Source: Patescibacteria group bacterium
GTDB lineage: Bacteria > Patescibacteriota > Patescibacteriia > 2-12-FULL-57-11
Assembly: GCA_004297205.1 (NCBI GenBank)
Contig: SCUL01000002.1
Span: forward strand, 316,594-380,593
Direction of reading: 5' to 3'
Length of the DNA stretch: 64,000 nt
Shown here: piece by piece, positions 54,586 to 64,000 of the stretch
How positions within the stretch are numbered: position 1 is the stretch's first letter
How the letters are laid out: every line of letters starts with the position of its first letter
Position numbers and translations under genes: made by a program
Notes under the pieces: model-generated
What the model was told of the DNA's origin: nothing
The model's input: only the letters and a program-made list of their open reading frames with translations
Database searches by the model: none

Positions 54586-55170
54586 ATGCGTCTCGTCGCC
54601 GCACTCGGAAATCCGGGCAAGGAATTCACGGAGACCCGCCACAACGCCGGATGGCGTGCCCTTGACAGGTTCTGCACACTGTGGCCGGGGGGCGAGGTTT
54701 CCTGGACGATGGACAAGAAGAGGAAGGCCGCCGTGGCGCGCGTCAGCGACGACCGCGGCGACGTGCTCCTCGCCAAGCCCCAGACGTTCATGAACCTCTC
54801 GGGCGAGGCGGTCGGCGCCTTGGCTTCCTTCTATAAAATCTCCCCGCACGACGTCATCCTCGTCCACGACGACATCGACATCCTGCTCGGCACGGCGCGC
54901 CTGTCCGTGGATTCCGGTCCGGCCGGCCACCACGGCGTGGAGTCCGTGATCGCCCATCTCGGCACCAAAAAATTCCCGCGCATCCGCATCGGCATCAAGC
55001 CGCCGCCGGAGGTGCCGCTGGGCCCCGGCGCCGCATTCGTCGTCGGCCGTTTCCGGCAGGAAGAAGAAGCGCTGCTGGCGCCGGTCATCGATCGCGTCGC
55101 CAAAGCGCTCGTCCCGCTGCTCCTGGGCCGCATCGAGGAAACAAGGAAGACGCTCGCCGGGGAGGGATGA
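54586..55170 (+). CDS. pth: Peptidyl-tRNA hydrolase
   Basis: LGNPG...TRHNAG, KPQTFMNLSG, HDDID and RIRIGI motifs. Confidence 0.96.
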   Translation: MRLVAALGNPGKEFTETRHNAGWRALDRFCTLWPGGEVSWTMDKKRKAAVARVSDDRGDVLLAKPQTFMNLSGEAVGALASFYKISPHDVILVHDDIDILLGTARLSVDSGPAGHHGVESVIAHLGTKKFPRIRIGIKPPPEVPLGPGAAFVVGRFRQEEEALLAPVIDRVAKALVPLLLGRIEETRKTLAGEG

Positions 55171-55177
55171 CCCTTCC

Positions 55178-56053
55178 ATGGCCGATACCGGCATCCGCGC
55201 CGTCCCTGCGGCGGACGCGGACTACCCCCACCTTCTCCTCCAAATCAAGGATCCGCCGCGGACGCTCTACGTCCGCGGCGATCTTTCGTGTCTGCACGCG
55301 CCCAGTCTCGCCGTCGTCGGCACGCGCAAGATGACGCCCTATGGCAAGGCCGTACTCGGGGAGCTGATCCCGCCGCTGGCCGCGGCCGGCATCACCATTG
55401 TCTCGGGGCTGGCGCTCGGCGTCGACGGCGAAGCGCATCGCCAGACGTTGCTTGCGGGCGGGCGCACCGCGGCCGTGCTCGGCTCCGGCATCCGGCCGCA
55501 GGACGTCACGCCGGTCTGCCACAGTCGGCTGGCCGAGGAAATCATCCTGCGGGGCGGCGCACTCGTCTCCGAGTATCCGCAGGGCACGCCGTCCCTCCCC
55601 TACCATTTCCCGACCCGCAACCGGATCCTGTCGGGACTCTGTCGGGCCACGCTCGTCATCGAGGCCGGCATCAAGTCGGGAACGCTCATCACCGCACGCC
55701 ACGCTCTCGACCAGGGCCGCGACGTGCTGGCCGTGCCCGGCGACATCCTGCGCGAGAGCGCCGGCGGGCCGAATCTCCTGATCGGCGACGGCGCCCGGCC
55801 GGTCACGACGGCCGCCGACATTCTTGACGCGCTCGGAGTCGGCGCGCAGCATGATCCCGACGCGGCGCGTCCGCAGACGCCGCTTTCCGACGCCGCCCGC
55901 GCGCTCCTGCCGCATCTCTCGCGCGAACCGCTGCACATCGACGCGCTAGCCCGCGCCGCCAAGCTCCCGGCCGCCGTCGTCTCCGAAACATTGCTCGTCA
56001 TGGAACTGCGCGGCCAGGTGCGCCACTTGGGCGGCCAGCTCTACCGCTTGTGA
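55178..56053 (+). CDS. dprA: DNA-processing protein DprA
   Basis: AVVGTR, IVSGLALGVDG.AH, FPTRNRILSGL and SGTLITA motifs. Confidence 0.96.
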   Translation: MADTGIRAVPAADADYPHLLLQIKDPPRTLYVRGDLSCLHAPSLAVVGTRKMTPYGKAVLGELIPPLAAAGITIVSGLALGVDGEAHRQTLLAGGRTAAVLGSGIRPQDVTPVCHSRLAEEIILRGGALVSEYPQGTPSLPYHFPTRNRILSGLCRATLVIEAGIKSGTLITARHALDQGRDVLAVPGDILRESAGGPNLLIGDGARPVTTAADILDALGVGAQHDPDAARPQTPLSDAARALLPHLSREPLHIDALARAAKLPAAVVSETLLVMELRGQVRHLGGQLYRL

Positions 56054-56922
56054 AGATTCTCCTGATCGGAAAAACCGCGGGCTACGAAACCGCCCGCCTC
56101 AGCGACGCCGCGGCCGGTCGCGGGCACGCGCTGACTGCGCTGTCCTGGAGCGACATCCGCCTGCGCTCGGGCATCGACGCCATGATCGACATCGGCGGGC
56201 GATGCGTCGCGGATTTCGACCTGCTCTACGTGCGCCGGTTCTGGCCGCACGTCTCCGAAGTGCTGATTCTGGCGCGGGCCTTTGCCGCGGCCGGCACACC
56301 GGTCGTCGACGCGGCCCTGCTCACCGAACCGTTCGTGATGAGCAAGATGGGCGATCTGCAGACGCTCGCCGCAGCCGGCATCCCGGTCCCCCGGACCGTG
56401 CAATGCTTTTCCCATGCTGATGCCGAGGCCGCGCTTCAGGCCTTCCGCTTCCCGGTCGTTGTCAAAGGCGTCTATGGCCGGGCCGGGACGCGGGTCTTCC
56501 TGGCCGAGGACGCCGCGCGCGTCAGCCATGTCCTGCGCAGCGCGCCGCACGCCGGCTTCTTTTCGCTCCAGGAATACCTGCCGACGGACCATGACCTGCG
56601 CGTCATCACCATCGGCCATCGCGCGCTCGGCGCCATGCGCCGGACCATTCCGCACGGCGACTTCCGGGCCAACCTGGCGGTCGGCGGCATTGCCGACGCC
56701 GTGGCCCTTCCGGACGATTTGGCGCGGCTCGCGGAGCAGGCCAGTCGGGCGCTCGGCCGGGAGTTCGCCGGAGTCGATATCCTGGTCTCCGACGGCAAGC
56801 CGTACGTCCTTGAAGTGAACCGCGCGCCGGGCTTCAAAGGCTTTGAATCCGCGACCGGCATCGACGTCGCCGAGGCCTTTCTGACCCATTGCGAACGGCG
56901 TCTGGCGGAAGCCGCGGATTGA
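56050..56922 (+). CDS. RimK-family ATP-grasp ligase
   Basis: GIPVPRT, FPVVVK, QEYL, DLRV, DFRANLAVGG and LEVNRAPGF motifs. Confidence 0.9.
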   Translation: MKILLIGKTAGYETARLSDAAAGRGHALTALSWSDIRLRSGIDAMIDIGGRCVADFDLLYVRRFWPHVSEVLILARAFAAAGTPVVDAALLTEPFVMSKMGDLQTLAAAGIPVPRTVQCFSHADAEAALQAFRFPVVVKGVYGRAGTRVFLAEDAARVSHVLRSAPHAGFFSLQEYLPTDHDLRVITIGHRALGAMRRTIPHGDFRANLAVGGIADAVALPDDLARLAEQASRALGREFAGVDILVSDGKPYVLEVNRAPGFKGFESATGIDVAEAFLTHCERRLAEAAD

Positions 56923-56969
56923 CACGCTCTTCTTCTATATGTAGTATCTGCGGACGTATCATCCATCCC

Positions 56970-59237
56970 ATGCCGAAGAAAGCCGCAGCCAGCAAGAAAA
57001 ACGCCGGGACGCTCGTCATCGTCGAGTCCCCGACCAAAGCCAAAACCATCGGCCGCTTCCTTGGGAGCGGCTATACCGTTTTGTCTTCTTTCGGCCATAT
57101 CCGCGACCTGCCCAAATCGGAGCTCGGCATCGACGTCGAGCACGCCTACGCACCGCGCTACGTGATCCCCACCGACAAACGTAAACGCGTCTCGGAGCTC
57201 AAAAAAGCGGCGGCCGCGGCCGGCAAAGTCTGGTTCGCCACTGACGAAGACCGCGAAGGCGAGGCCATCTCCTGGCACCTCGCCGAGATCTTCGGTCTGC
57301 CGGACGACAAGGTCGAACGCATCACCTTCCACGAAATCACCGAGACGGCCATCAAGAACGCGCTCGAACATCCGCGGAAAATCGACCGCAACCTGGTGAA
57401 CGCACAGCAGGCCCGGCGCATCCTGGACCGCCTGGTGGGCTACACGCTCTCCCCCTTCCTCTGGAAGAAGGTGGCCAAGGGCCTGTCCGCCGGCCGCGTA
57501 CAGTCGGTCGCGGTGCGCCTCATCGTGGAGCGCGAGCGGGAAATTCTGGCCTTCGTACCGCGCGAATACTGGACCGTGGAAGCGCAGCTCAAAACGCCGC
57601 GCGACGAATCCTTCCCGGCCCGCCTTTTTGCCAAGAACGGCGAGACGCTCGACAAGTTCGCGCTGGCCACCCAGGCCGACGCCGAGGCGGCCGTGACCGC
57701 GGTGCGCGCCGCGACGCTTTCCGTGTCCTCCGTCGAACGCAAGCAGGTCAAAAAGTCACCGAGCGCGCCGTACACGACCTCGACCCTGCAGCAGGATGCC
57801 AACCGCAAACTGGGTTTTTCCGCCAAGCAGACCATGCTGCTTGCCCAGCAACTTTATGAAGGCGTGAAGCTCGGCGACGGCGGCGAAGTCGGTTTGATCA
57901 CCTACATGCGTACCGACTCGACGTCCTTGGCCCAGTCCTTCACGGACGCCGCAGCCGCCTACATCGAGAAGACCTTCGGCAAAAAGTACCGCCCCGAACA
58001 GCCGCGCACCTATGTCACGAAGAGCAAGGGCGCGCAGGAAGCGCATGAATCGGTCCGCCCGACCGACGCGGCGCGCACCCCGGAATCGGTGGAGGCGCAT
58101 CTCTCCGACCAGCAGGCCAAACTCTACGACCTGATCTGGCGACGCGCCGTGGCCTCCCAGATGCCGGACGCCCAGCTCGAAGCGACGACGGTCGACATCG
58201 CTGCCGGCGAGTACACCCTGCGCTCGACCGGTTCCGTCGTTGCTTTTGACGGTTTCCTGGCGCTGACGCCGGAAAGCCAAAAGGACACGCTCCTTCCCGT
58301 TCTCACGGAGAAGGAACCGCTCGCGGCCGAGAGCATCGAACCCAAACAGCATTTCACCGAGCCGCCGGCCCGCTATTCGGACGCCTCGCTCGTCAAAGTG
58401 CTCGAAGAACACGGCATCGGCCGTCCGTCGACCTACGCGCCGACGATCGCCACCATCACCGAGCGCGGCTACGTGGAGCGCATCGAGAACCGCCGGCTGA
58501 AGCCGACTGACATCGCCTTCGCGGTCACGGACCTGCTCGTCGCCCATTTCCCGCAGATCGTGGACACCGAGTTCACGGCCAAGATGGAAGAGGAATTCGA
58601 CACCATCGCCGAAGGCGGCAAGGAGTGGGCACCGGTCATCGACGCCTTCTACAAGCCCTACGCGGAAAACCTGGCCGCGAAAGAGAAGGAGATCATCAAA
58701 AAGGTGGTCGAAGACGTGCCGACCGACATGGTCTGCGAGAAGTGCGGCAAGCCGATGGTCATCAAGACCGGCCGCTTCGGGAAGTTCTACGCCTGCACCG
58801 GATTCCCGGAGTGCCGCAACACCAAACCCTACGACAAGGACGAGGCCGGCAACGAGCTGCCGCCGGAAACCACGGACGAAAAGTGCCAGCTCTGCGGCAA
58901 GCCGATGGAAATCCGCGAGGGCCGCTTCGGCAAATATCTGCGCTGCACCGGTTACCCGGAATGCGAGGGCAAGAAGCCGCTGCACAAAGGCACCGGCGTG
59001 ACCTGTCCCAAGTGCGGCGAAGGCGAGATCGTCGAGAAGCGCTCCAAGCGCGGCAAGATCTTCTACGCCTGCAACCGCTACCCCAAGTGCGACCAGGCCT
59101 ACTGGCAGAAACCCACGGGCGAGAAGTGTCCGAAGTGCGGATCGCTGCTGACCTTCGCCGCCAAAGGAGAAATCCGCTGTTCCAACAAGGAGTGCGGCTA
59201 CGTCAAACCGTCTGAGACAGGACCGCAGACACCTTGA
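56970..59237 (+). CDS. topA: DNA topoisomerase I with C-terminal Zn ribbons
   Basis: LVIVESPTKAKTI, DEDREGEAI, SAGRVQS, ITYMRTDS and GIGRPSTYA motifs; four C4 ribbons. Confidence 0.98.
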   Translation: MPKKAAASKKNAGTLVIVESPTKAKTIGRFLGSGYTVLSSFGHIRDLPKSELGIDVEHAYAPRYVIPTDKRKRVSELKKAAAAAGKVWFATDEDREGEAISWHLAEIFGLPDDKVERITFHEITETAIKNALEHPRKIDRNLVNAQQARRILDRLVGYTLSPFLWKKVAKGLSAGRVQSVAVRLIVEREREILAFVPREYWTVEAQLKTPRDESFPARLFAKNGETLDKFALATQADAEAAVTAVRAATLSVSSVERKQVKKSPSAPYTTSTLQQDANRKLGFSAKQTMLLAQQLYEGVKLGDGGEVGLITYMRTDSTSLAQSFTDAAAAYIEKTFGKKYRPEQPRTYVTKSKGAQEAHESVRPTDAARTPESVEAHLSDQQAKLYDLIWRRAVASQMPDAQLEATTVDIAAGEYTLRSTGSVVAFDGFLALTPESQKDTLLPVLTEKEPLAAESIEPKQHFTEPPARYSDASLVKVLEEHGIGRPSTYAPTIATITERGYVERIENRRLKPTDIAFAVTDLLVAHFPQIVDTEFTAKMEEEFDTIAEGGKEWAPVIDAFYKPYAENLAAKEKEIIKKVVEDVPTDMVCEKCGKPMVIKTGRFGKFYACTGFPECRNTKPYDKDEAGNELPPETTDEKCQLCGKPMEIREGRFGKYLRCTGYPECEGKKPLHKGTGVTCPKCGEGEIVEKRSKRGKIFYACNRYPKCDQAYWQKPTGEKCPKCGSLLTFAAKGEIRCSNKECGYVKPSETGPQTP

Positions 59238-59262
59238 CAAACAGGGTGCCTGTTCGTATTGT
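59234..59262 (+). promoter_or_regulatory. Sigma70-type promoter upstream of 59311
   Basis: TTGACA-17 nt-TATTGT. Confidence 0.55.
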
Positions 59263-59310
59263 CAGGCCACGTTCCTTTGGAAAAAGGACGCAAAACCGGA
59301 GGAATAAACC

Positions 59311-60567
59311 GTGAGTGACTCGGATCGCCCATTCGCGCCGGAGCAGCAGTCGCTGCCGGGCGTGATGGCGCCCGAGCAGCAACGGTCTCCGGTGCCGAGG
59401 CTTCCCCGCCTCGTGCACGACCTGATCGACGATGTCTCGTCCGTCCAGCGGCCCGGCGAAGCGCGCGAGCGCCTCGCCCAGTGGCTGAGGAGCCGGCACG
59501 CCGTCGGCGGCTTCCAGCCGGAGACGGTCTACGCCCGCTACGCGTTCGAGCTGACGCGGGTGCGGCACGAACTCCTGCCGTCGAACGTCGAACGCTTCGT
59601 CCCGCCCGAACTGCGGCTCCGGCTCGGCGTCGAGCCCCGGCCGCGGCGGAAGGACCTTGCCGAAGATCCGCTCGCCCTCATGCGGGACGCGCTGATCGAC
59701 CCCCAGAATGCGGACGAGAAACGCCGGCAGTTCGAGATCCAGCGCGACCTCGCGCTGGCCTACCTCGCACTCTGGCTCGTCACGGACGCCGAACTGACCG
59801 GCAAGCTCGACCGGGCGCGCTGGGACCAGGAACGGAAGACGGAACGCGACCGGACGCTCTTCTTGATCCACCTGCGTAAGCGGGGCGTGATCACGGGCGA
59901 CGTCCGGACGGTGCGTCTGCGCGTCCACCTGGACGCCGAGCCGCCGCACCGCTGCATGCGCATCGACCTCCCCGGTGAACGCGAACCGTTCTACCAGGGC
60001 AAGGCCGGCGTCGCACAAAAGAGGAAGACGAGGAGCCTGGACGTGGTGCGTCTCGGTCTGCCGGATCTGCCGACGGTGCTGCTCATGCCGCGCCGGAAGG
60101 GCGTCCTGCAGACCATCGCCAAGATGCTCCTGCAGCGCTTGGACAGTCCGCTCAACGTGCCGGACCGGCGCGGCGTGCGGTTCATCTACCGCAACGAGCG
60201 CGAGCTCGAAGCGGGAAGTGACTTCATCGGCAGGAAGATCTGTCTGGGTCTCGCCCACAAGTCCCACCTCGCCACCAGAGACCTGCCGGTCAACCCGTAC
60301 GCGGCGCCGAACTTGCGCATTGTCAAGGACAGCGCGGCGTTCTACGACCGGACGATGGAAGTCCAGCACGTGCTGGGCAACCAGCATGTCGACATCCTGT
60401 ACAGCTTGGGGCTGGAACAGTTCCTGCTCTACCACGGGCGGCAGTACACCGCGCCGGACGGGCTGTTCATGGAGTTGTTCCCACCGACCATCTACGGAGT
60501 CGACTGGGAGCACCCCCAGGTGCAGCTTCGGGTGTACGAACACATCCGAGCGTCGCTCGCGCCCTAG
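59311..60567 (+). CDS. Hypothetical protein with divergent RelA/SpoT synthetase-like (nucleotidyltransferase) motifs
   Basis: GGAGG Shine-Dalgarno and GTG start; RRKGVLQTIAKM, DRRGVRFI, NPYAA and MEVQH motifs. Confidence 0.6.
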   Translation: MSDSDRPFAPEQQSLPGVMAPEQQRSPVPRLPRLVHDLIDDVSSVQRPGEARERLAQWLRSRHAVGGFQPETVYARYAFELTRVRHELLPSNVERFVPPELRLRLGVEPRPRRKDLAEDPLALMRDALIDPQNADEKRRQFEIQRDLALAYLALWLVTDAELTGKLDRARWDQERKTERDRTLFLIHLRKRGVITGDVRTVRLRVHLDAEPPHRCMRIDLPGEREPFYQGKAGVAQKRKTRSLDVVRLGLPDLPTVLLMPRRKGVLQTIAKMLLQRLDSPLNVPDRRGVRFIYRNERELEAGSDFIGRKICLGLAHKSHLATRDLPVNPYAAPNLRIVKDSAAFYDRTMEVQHVLGNQHVDILYSLGLEQFLLYHGRQYTAPDGLFMELFPPTIYGVDWEHPQVQLRVYEHIRASLAP

Positions 60568-60628
60568 CGCGCAGCGGCGTTTTTTTATTGCCGATTGACG
60601 GCGGTGCAGATGATGCTACGCTGGCGGT

Positions 60629-62152
60629 ATGGAGCCAAAGAACCCGTTGAAACCCACCGCCGACGAATTGTTCGCGATCGCCCGGAAGCAGTACCCGGGC
60701 GCGGACTTGTCGCTCCTCGAACGTGCCTACTCCTTTGCCGCCGTCGCGCACGACGGCCGTAAGCGCTACTCCGGCGATCCGTACATCATCCATCCGATTG
60801 CGGTGGCCATCTCGCTCGCCCAGATGCGTCTGGCGCTCCCCGTGGTCGTCGCGGGCATGCTGCATGACGTGCTCGAAGATTCCCCGACCTCCGTGGAAGA
60901 GCTGCGGGCCGGTTTCGGCGGCGACGTGACCCAGATGGTGGAGAGCGTGACCAAACTCGGCACGGTCAAATACCGCGGCGTGGAACGGTACGCCGAAAAC
61001 CTGCGGCGCATGTTCCTGGCCATGGCCCAGGACGTGCGCGTGGTGTTCATCAAGTTCGCCGACCGCATCCACAACCTTCGGACCCTCGACGCCGTGCCAG
61101 AAAACAAACGGCGCCGCATCGCCCTTGAGTCCCTTGAGTTGTACGCGCCCATCGCCAACCGGCTCTCGATGGGTGAAATCCGCGGCACCATCGAAGACCT
61201 CTCCTTCCGCTACATCTTCCCGAAAGAGTACGAGTGGGTCGCCGGCCTGGTTCGCGGCCAGCTCGACCAGAAACAGCTCTACTTGGAAAGACTGAAAACC
61301 GTCGTCGGCAAAGAACTGGCGCGGGCCGGAGTCCCGGTGGACTCCATGAGCGGGCGCACCAAGCACCTCTACTCCCTCTATAAGAAACTGCTCCGTCACG
61401 ACCGCGACATCACGAAGATCCATGACCTCGTGGCGTTGCGCATCCTGGTGCCGACCGTGAGCGACTGTTATGCCACGCTCGGTGTGATCCACCAGCGCTG
61501 GAAGCCGCTCAAGGGGCGCATCAAGGACTACATCGCGCAACCGAAACCCAACGGATACCAGTCCCTCCACACCACGGTCTTCGCCGAAGACGGTGAAATC
61601 ATTGAAGTGCAAATCCGCACGGTGGAGATGCACGAGATGAACGAATACGGCGCCGCCGCCCATTGGCAGTACACGGAAACGGGCAAACGGTCGCGGCGGC
61701 CGGACAAGACGCTGCCCTGGATGAATGAAATCGCCAAAATCCAAAAGGAGGTCGGCGACCACAAAGAGTTCCTGGAGAAGCTCGAGACGCTCAAACTCGA
61801 CGTCTTCACCAATCGCATCTTCGTGTTTACGCCGCAAGGCGACGTCATCGACCTTCCCGAAGACGCGACGCCGGTGGACTTCGCCTACGCCATCCACACC
61901 GAGGTCGGCAACCACTGTGCCGGCGCGCGCATCAACGACGAAATCGCCGCGCTCCACCGCCCCCTGAAGAACGGCGACGTGGTGGAAATCATGACCGACA
62001 AAAAACGCAGCCGCCCCTCGGGCGACTGGTTGAAGTTCGTGAAGACCCACAACGCCAGGAGCAAGATCAGGGACAAAGTGAAATCGCCGGCCGATTGGCT
62101 GCTCTCGCTCTTGCCGCCCGCGCCCAAACGGCCGAGCAGAAAGGACGGCTAA
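60629..62152 (+). CDS. rel: RelA/SpoT homolog (HD hydrolase, synthetase and TGS domains; short form)
   Basis: AHDGRKRYSGDPYIIHP, LHDVLED, KFADRIHN, KDYIAQPKPNGYQSLHT and TPVDFAYAIHT motifs. Confidence 0.95.
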   Translation: MEPKNPLKPTADELFAIARKQYPGADLSLLERAYSFAAVAHDGRKRYSGDPYIIHPIAVAISLAQMRLALPVVVAGMLHDVLEDSPTSVEELRAGFGGDVTQMVESVTKLGTVKYRGVERYAENLRRMFLAMAQDVRVVFIKFADRIHNLRTLDAVPENKRRRIALESLELYAPIANRLSMGEIRGTIEDLSFRYIFPKEYEWVAGLVRGQLDQKQLYLERLKTVVGKELARAGVPVDSMSGRTKHLYSLYKKLLRHDRDITKIHDLVALRILVPTVSDCYATLGVIHQRWKPLKGRIKDYIAQPKPNGYQSLHTTVFAEDGEIIEVQIRTVEMHEMNEYGAAAHWQYTETGKRSRRPDKTLPWMNEIAKIQKEVGDHKEFLEKLETLKLDVFTNRIFVFTPQGDVIDLPEDATPVDFAYAIHTEVGNHCAGARINDEIAALHRPLKNGDVVEIMTDKKRSRPSGDWLKFVKTHNARSKIRDKVKSPADWLLSLLPPAPKRPSRKDG

Positions 62153-63015
62153 CCCGCGGCGAGCCGGCGGACGAGCGCATCGAGCTCCTCATCCGAGAAA
62201 AAAGCGATGGCGATGCGGCCCGACGGGCCGCGTTTGTGTATGTCCACCTTGGTGCCCAGCGCGGCGCGCAGCTGTTCTTCCGCGGCGGCGAGATTCGGAT
62301 CGGTGCGTGCGGGCAGGCCTTTGGCGGCCCGGACTCCGCGCTCCACGTCGCGCACGGTCATGTCGCCCTGCGTCAGCCTCTTCCACCAGGCGAGCTGCTG
62401 TTCCGGGCCCTCCAGCGCCAAGAGGGCGCGGGCGGCGGTCACGGGAACGCGCCCTTCGCGCACCGCGCTCTGCACTTCCTCCGGCAGGTCCAAAAGGCGC
62501 AGCGTGTTGGCCACCTGCGGACGGCTCTTGCCGAGCCGCTCGGCCACGATTTCCTGCGTCAGGTCGTAGTCGTCGATGAGTTTGCGGTAGGCGCGCGCTT
62601 CTTCGATCGGATTCAGGTCGGCGCGCTGGATGTTTTCCACAAGCGCGAGCTCGAGCTTGTCCTGCTCCTCGGCCGAACGGACGATCACCGGTACGTCGGT
62701 CAACCCCGCCATGCGCGCGGCGCGCAGGCGGCGTTCGCCGGCGATCAGTTCGTAGCCGTCCGCCGTCTTCGTCACCACGAGCGGCTGCAAAATGCCGTGG
62801 CGCTTGATGGACGCGATCAGGTCGTCGAGGTCGCGGTGGGCGAAGTGCTCGCGCGGCTGCTGCGGGTTCGGCCGGATCTGGTCGATGTCCACGCGCAAAA
62901 CGCCGGCGGACGCGGCGGCGGACGGCGAAGCTGCCGGCTGCGGTGGGGGCGCCGAGGGCGGCCCGGACGGAATGAGTGAACCGAGGCCGCGGCCGAGTCC
63001 GCGAGGCATGGCCAT
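62149..63015 (-). CDS. parB: Chromosome partitioning protein ParB
   Basis: [22 protein letters not shown] and [14 protein letters not shown] motifs. Confidence 0.97.
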   Translation of the reverse strand: MAMPRGLGRGLGSLIPSGPPSAPPPQPAASPSAAASAGVLRVDIDQIRPNPQQPREHFAHRDLDDLIASIKRHGILQPLVVTKTADGYELIAGERRLRAARMAGLTDVPVIVRSAEEQDKLELALVENIQRADLNPIEEARAYRKLIDDYDLTQEIVAERLGKSRPQVANTLRLLDLPEEVQSAVREGRVPVTAARALLALEGPEQQLAWWKRLTQGDMTVRDVERGVRAAKGLPARTDPNLAAAEEQLRAALGTKVDIHKRGPSGRIAIAFFSDEELDALVRRLAAG

Positions 63016-63021
63016 AGGAAG

Positions 63022-63786
63022 CTAGGCGGGAAGACCGGCGATCTCGCGGGCCAGGCGCTCGTAGGCCTTGGCGCCGGTCGATGCCGGATCGTATTCAAGG
63101 ATGGTGCGGCCATGGCTGGGCGCCTCGGCCAGACGGACGTTGCGGGGAATGGTGGTGCGGAAGATGTGGTTCGGGAAAAACTGGTAGAGGTCGCGCATCA
63201 CGGCGTCGGACAGCGCGTTGCGCTTGTCATACATGGTCAGCACCGCACCCATGACTTCGAGTTCCGGCCGCAGGTGCTGTTTCACGAGGCCGACGGTTTC
63301 GAGCAGCTGGCCCAAACCCTCGAGCGCGAAGTATTCGGCCTGGACCGGGATGAGCACCGTGTCCCCCGCCACCAGGCCGTTCACGGTGAGCAGTCCCAAG
63401 GACGGCGGACAGTCGATCAGGATGTAGTCGTACTCGCCGCGCACTTCAAGCAATGCGTCGTAGAGGCGCCATTCGCGCCGCTCCGTGCCCACAAGCTCGA
63501 CGTTGGCGCCGGCGAGCGCCGTCGTCGCAGGCACGAGCTTGTACCCCGGCACGCGCGTTTCGAGGATGACCTCGCGCATGCGGACCGATCCGGCGATGGC
63601 TTCGTAGACGCCCTGAGTGAGCTGGCGGTGGTCGAATCCAAGGTTTGAGGTGGCATTCGCCTGCGGGTCCAAATCGACGAGCAGGACGAACTTCCCGAGC
63701 GACGCCAAGTAGGCGCCGAGATTAACGGCCGTGGTCGTCTTGCCGACCCCGCCTTTCTGGTTCACCACGGAGAAAACCTGCGCCAT
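63022..63786 (-). CDS. parA: Chromosome partitioning ATPase ParA/Soj
   Basis: NQKGGVGKTT, DLDPQANAT, DCPPSLG and RLAEAPSHG motifs. Confidence 0.97.
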   Translation of the reverse strand: MAQVFSVVNQKGGVGKTTTAVNLGAYLASLGKFVLLVDLDPQANATSNLGFDHRQLTQGVYEAIAGSVRMREVILETRVPGYKLVPATTALAGANVELVGTERREWRLYDALLEVRGEYDYILIDCPPSLGLLTVNGLVAGDTVLIPVQAEYFALEGLGQLLETVGLVKQHLRPELEVMGAVLTMYDKRNALSDAVMRDLYQFFPNHIFRTTIPRNVRLAEAPSHGRTILEYDPASTGAKAYERLAREIAGLPA

Positions 63787-63875
63787 AACGCGCACAGCAT
63801 ACCGCAGCGCGGGACGCTTTACAATCGTGGAAAACCTGCGTATATTCTCCGTGCTTTGCCTGCGGCACGGCGCGG

Positions 63876-63962
63876 GCCGGGATGGCGGAACTGGCAGACG
63901 CACGGGACTCAAAATCCCGCGGGGGCAACCCCATGAGGGTTCGACTCCCTCTCCCGGCACCA
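63876..63962 (+). tRNA. tRNA-Leu (CAA)
   Basis: GCCGGGA/TCCCGGC acceptor; CGGGA-CTCAAAA-TCCCG anticodon arm; long variable arm; encoded CCA. Confidence 0.97.
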
Positions 63963-64000
63963 GGCAAAACAACAATCAGCCCTTGCAGACCGTGAAAAAA

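Noticed and set aside
1-64000. CRISPR array
   Set aside because: No regularly spaced direct repeats with unique spacers were seen; the visible repeats are protein-domain repeats or isolated palindromes.
62149-64000. parS site near parAB
   Set aside because: No canonical TGTTTCACGTGAAACA-like palindrome was noticed by eye.

Overview
High-GC bacterial chromosome segment using the standard genetic code. Gene content suggests Patescibacteria/CPR, possibly Uhrbacteria-like; this is an inference from the CPR-type pilins, TSP3/Asn-rich surface proteins, short Rel and long tmRNA tag. Housekeeping genes include smpB-tmRNA-infC-rpmI-rplT, dcd, pyk, degP, nrdR, ftsZ/ftsA, ybeY, rpsU, hisS, lepB, der, pth, dprA, topA, rel, parA/parB and three tRNAs. 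The main accessory feature is a complete diversity-generating retroelement (DGR, about 48.4-51.1 kb). It has a 122-bp template repeat (TR) and variable repeat (VR) with 21 mismatches, all at TR adenines, plus a GAAA-loop hairpin, a DUF5701-like target and an inverted avd gene. Its reverse transcriptase (RT) is split out of frame exactly at a (GA)7 microsatellite, and one extra repeat unit would restore a 333-aa RT. This is a candidate phase-variable ON/OFF switch for hypermutation. Other accessory elements are an integrase-less restriction-modification cassette at tRNA-Asp, a 3300-aa pilin-anchored adhesin locus, myxobacteria-like secreted proteins including an outer-membrane-protein-like C-terminus, a divergent RelA/SpoT-synthetase-like gene next to rel, and palindromic repeats inside core genes. 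All calls were made by eye; no database searches were run.
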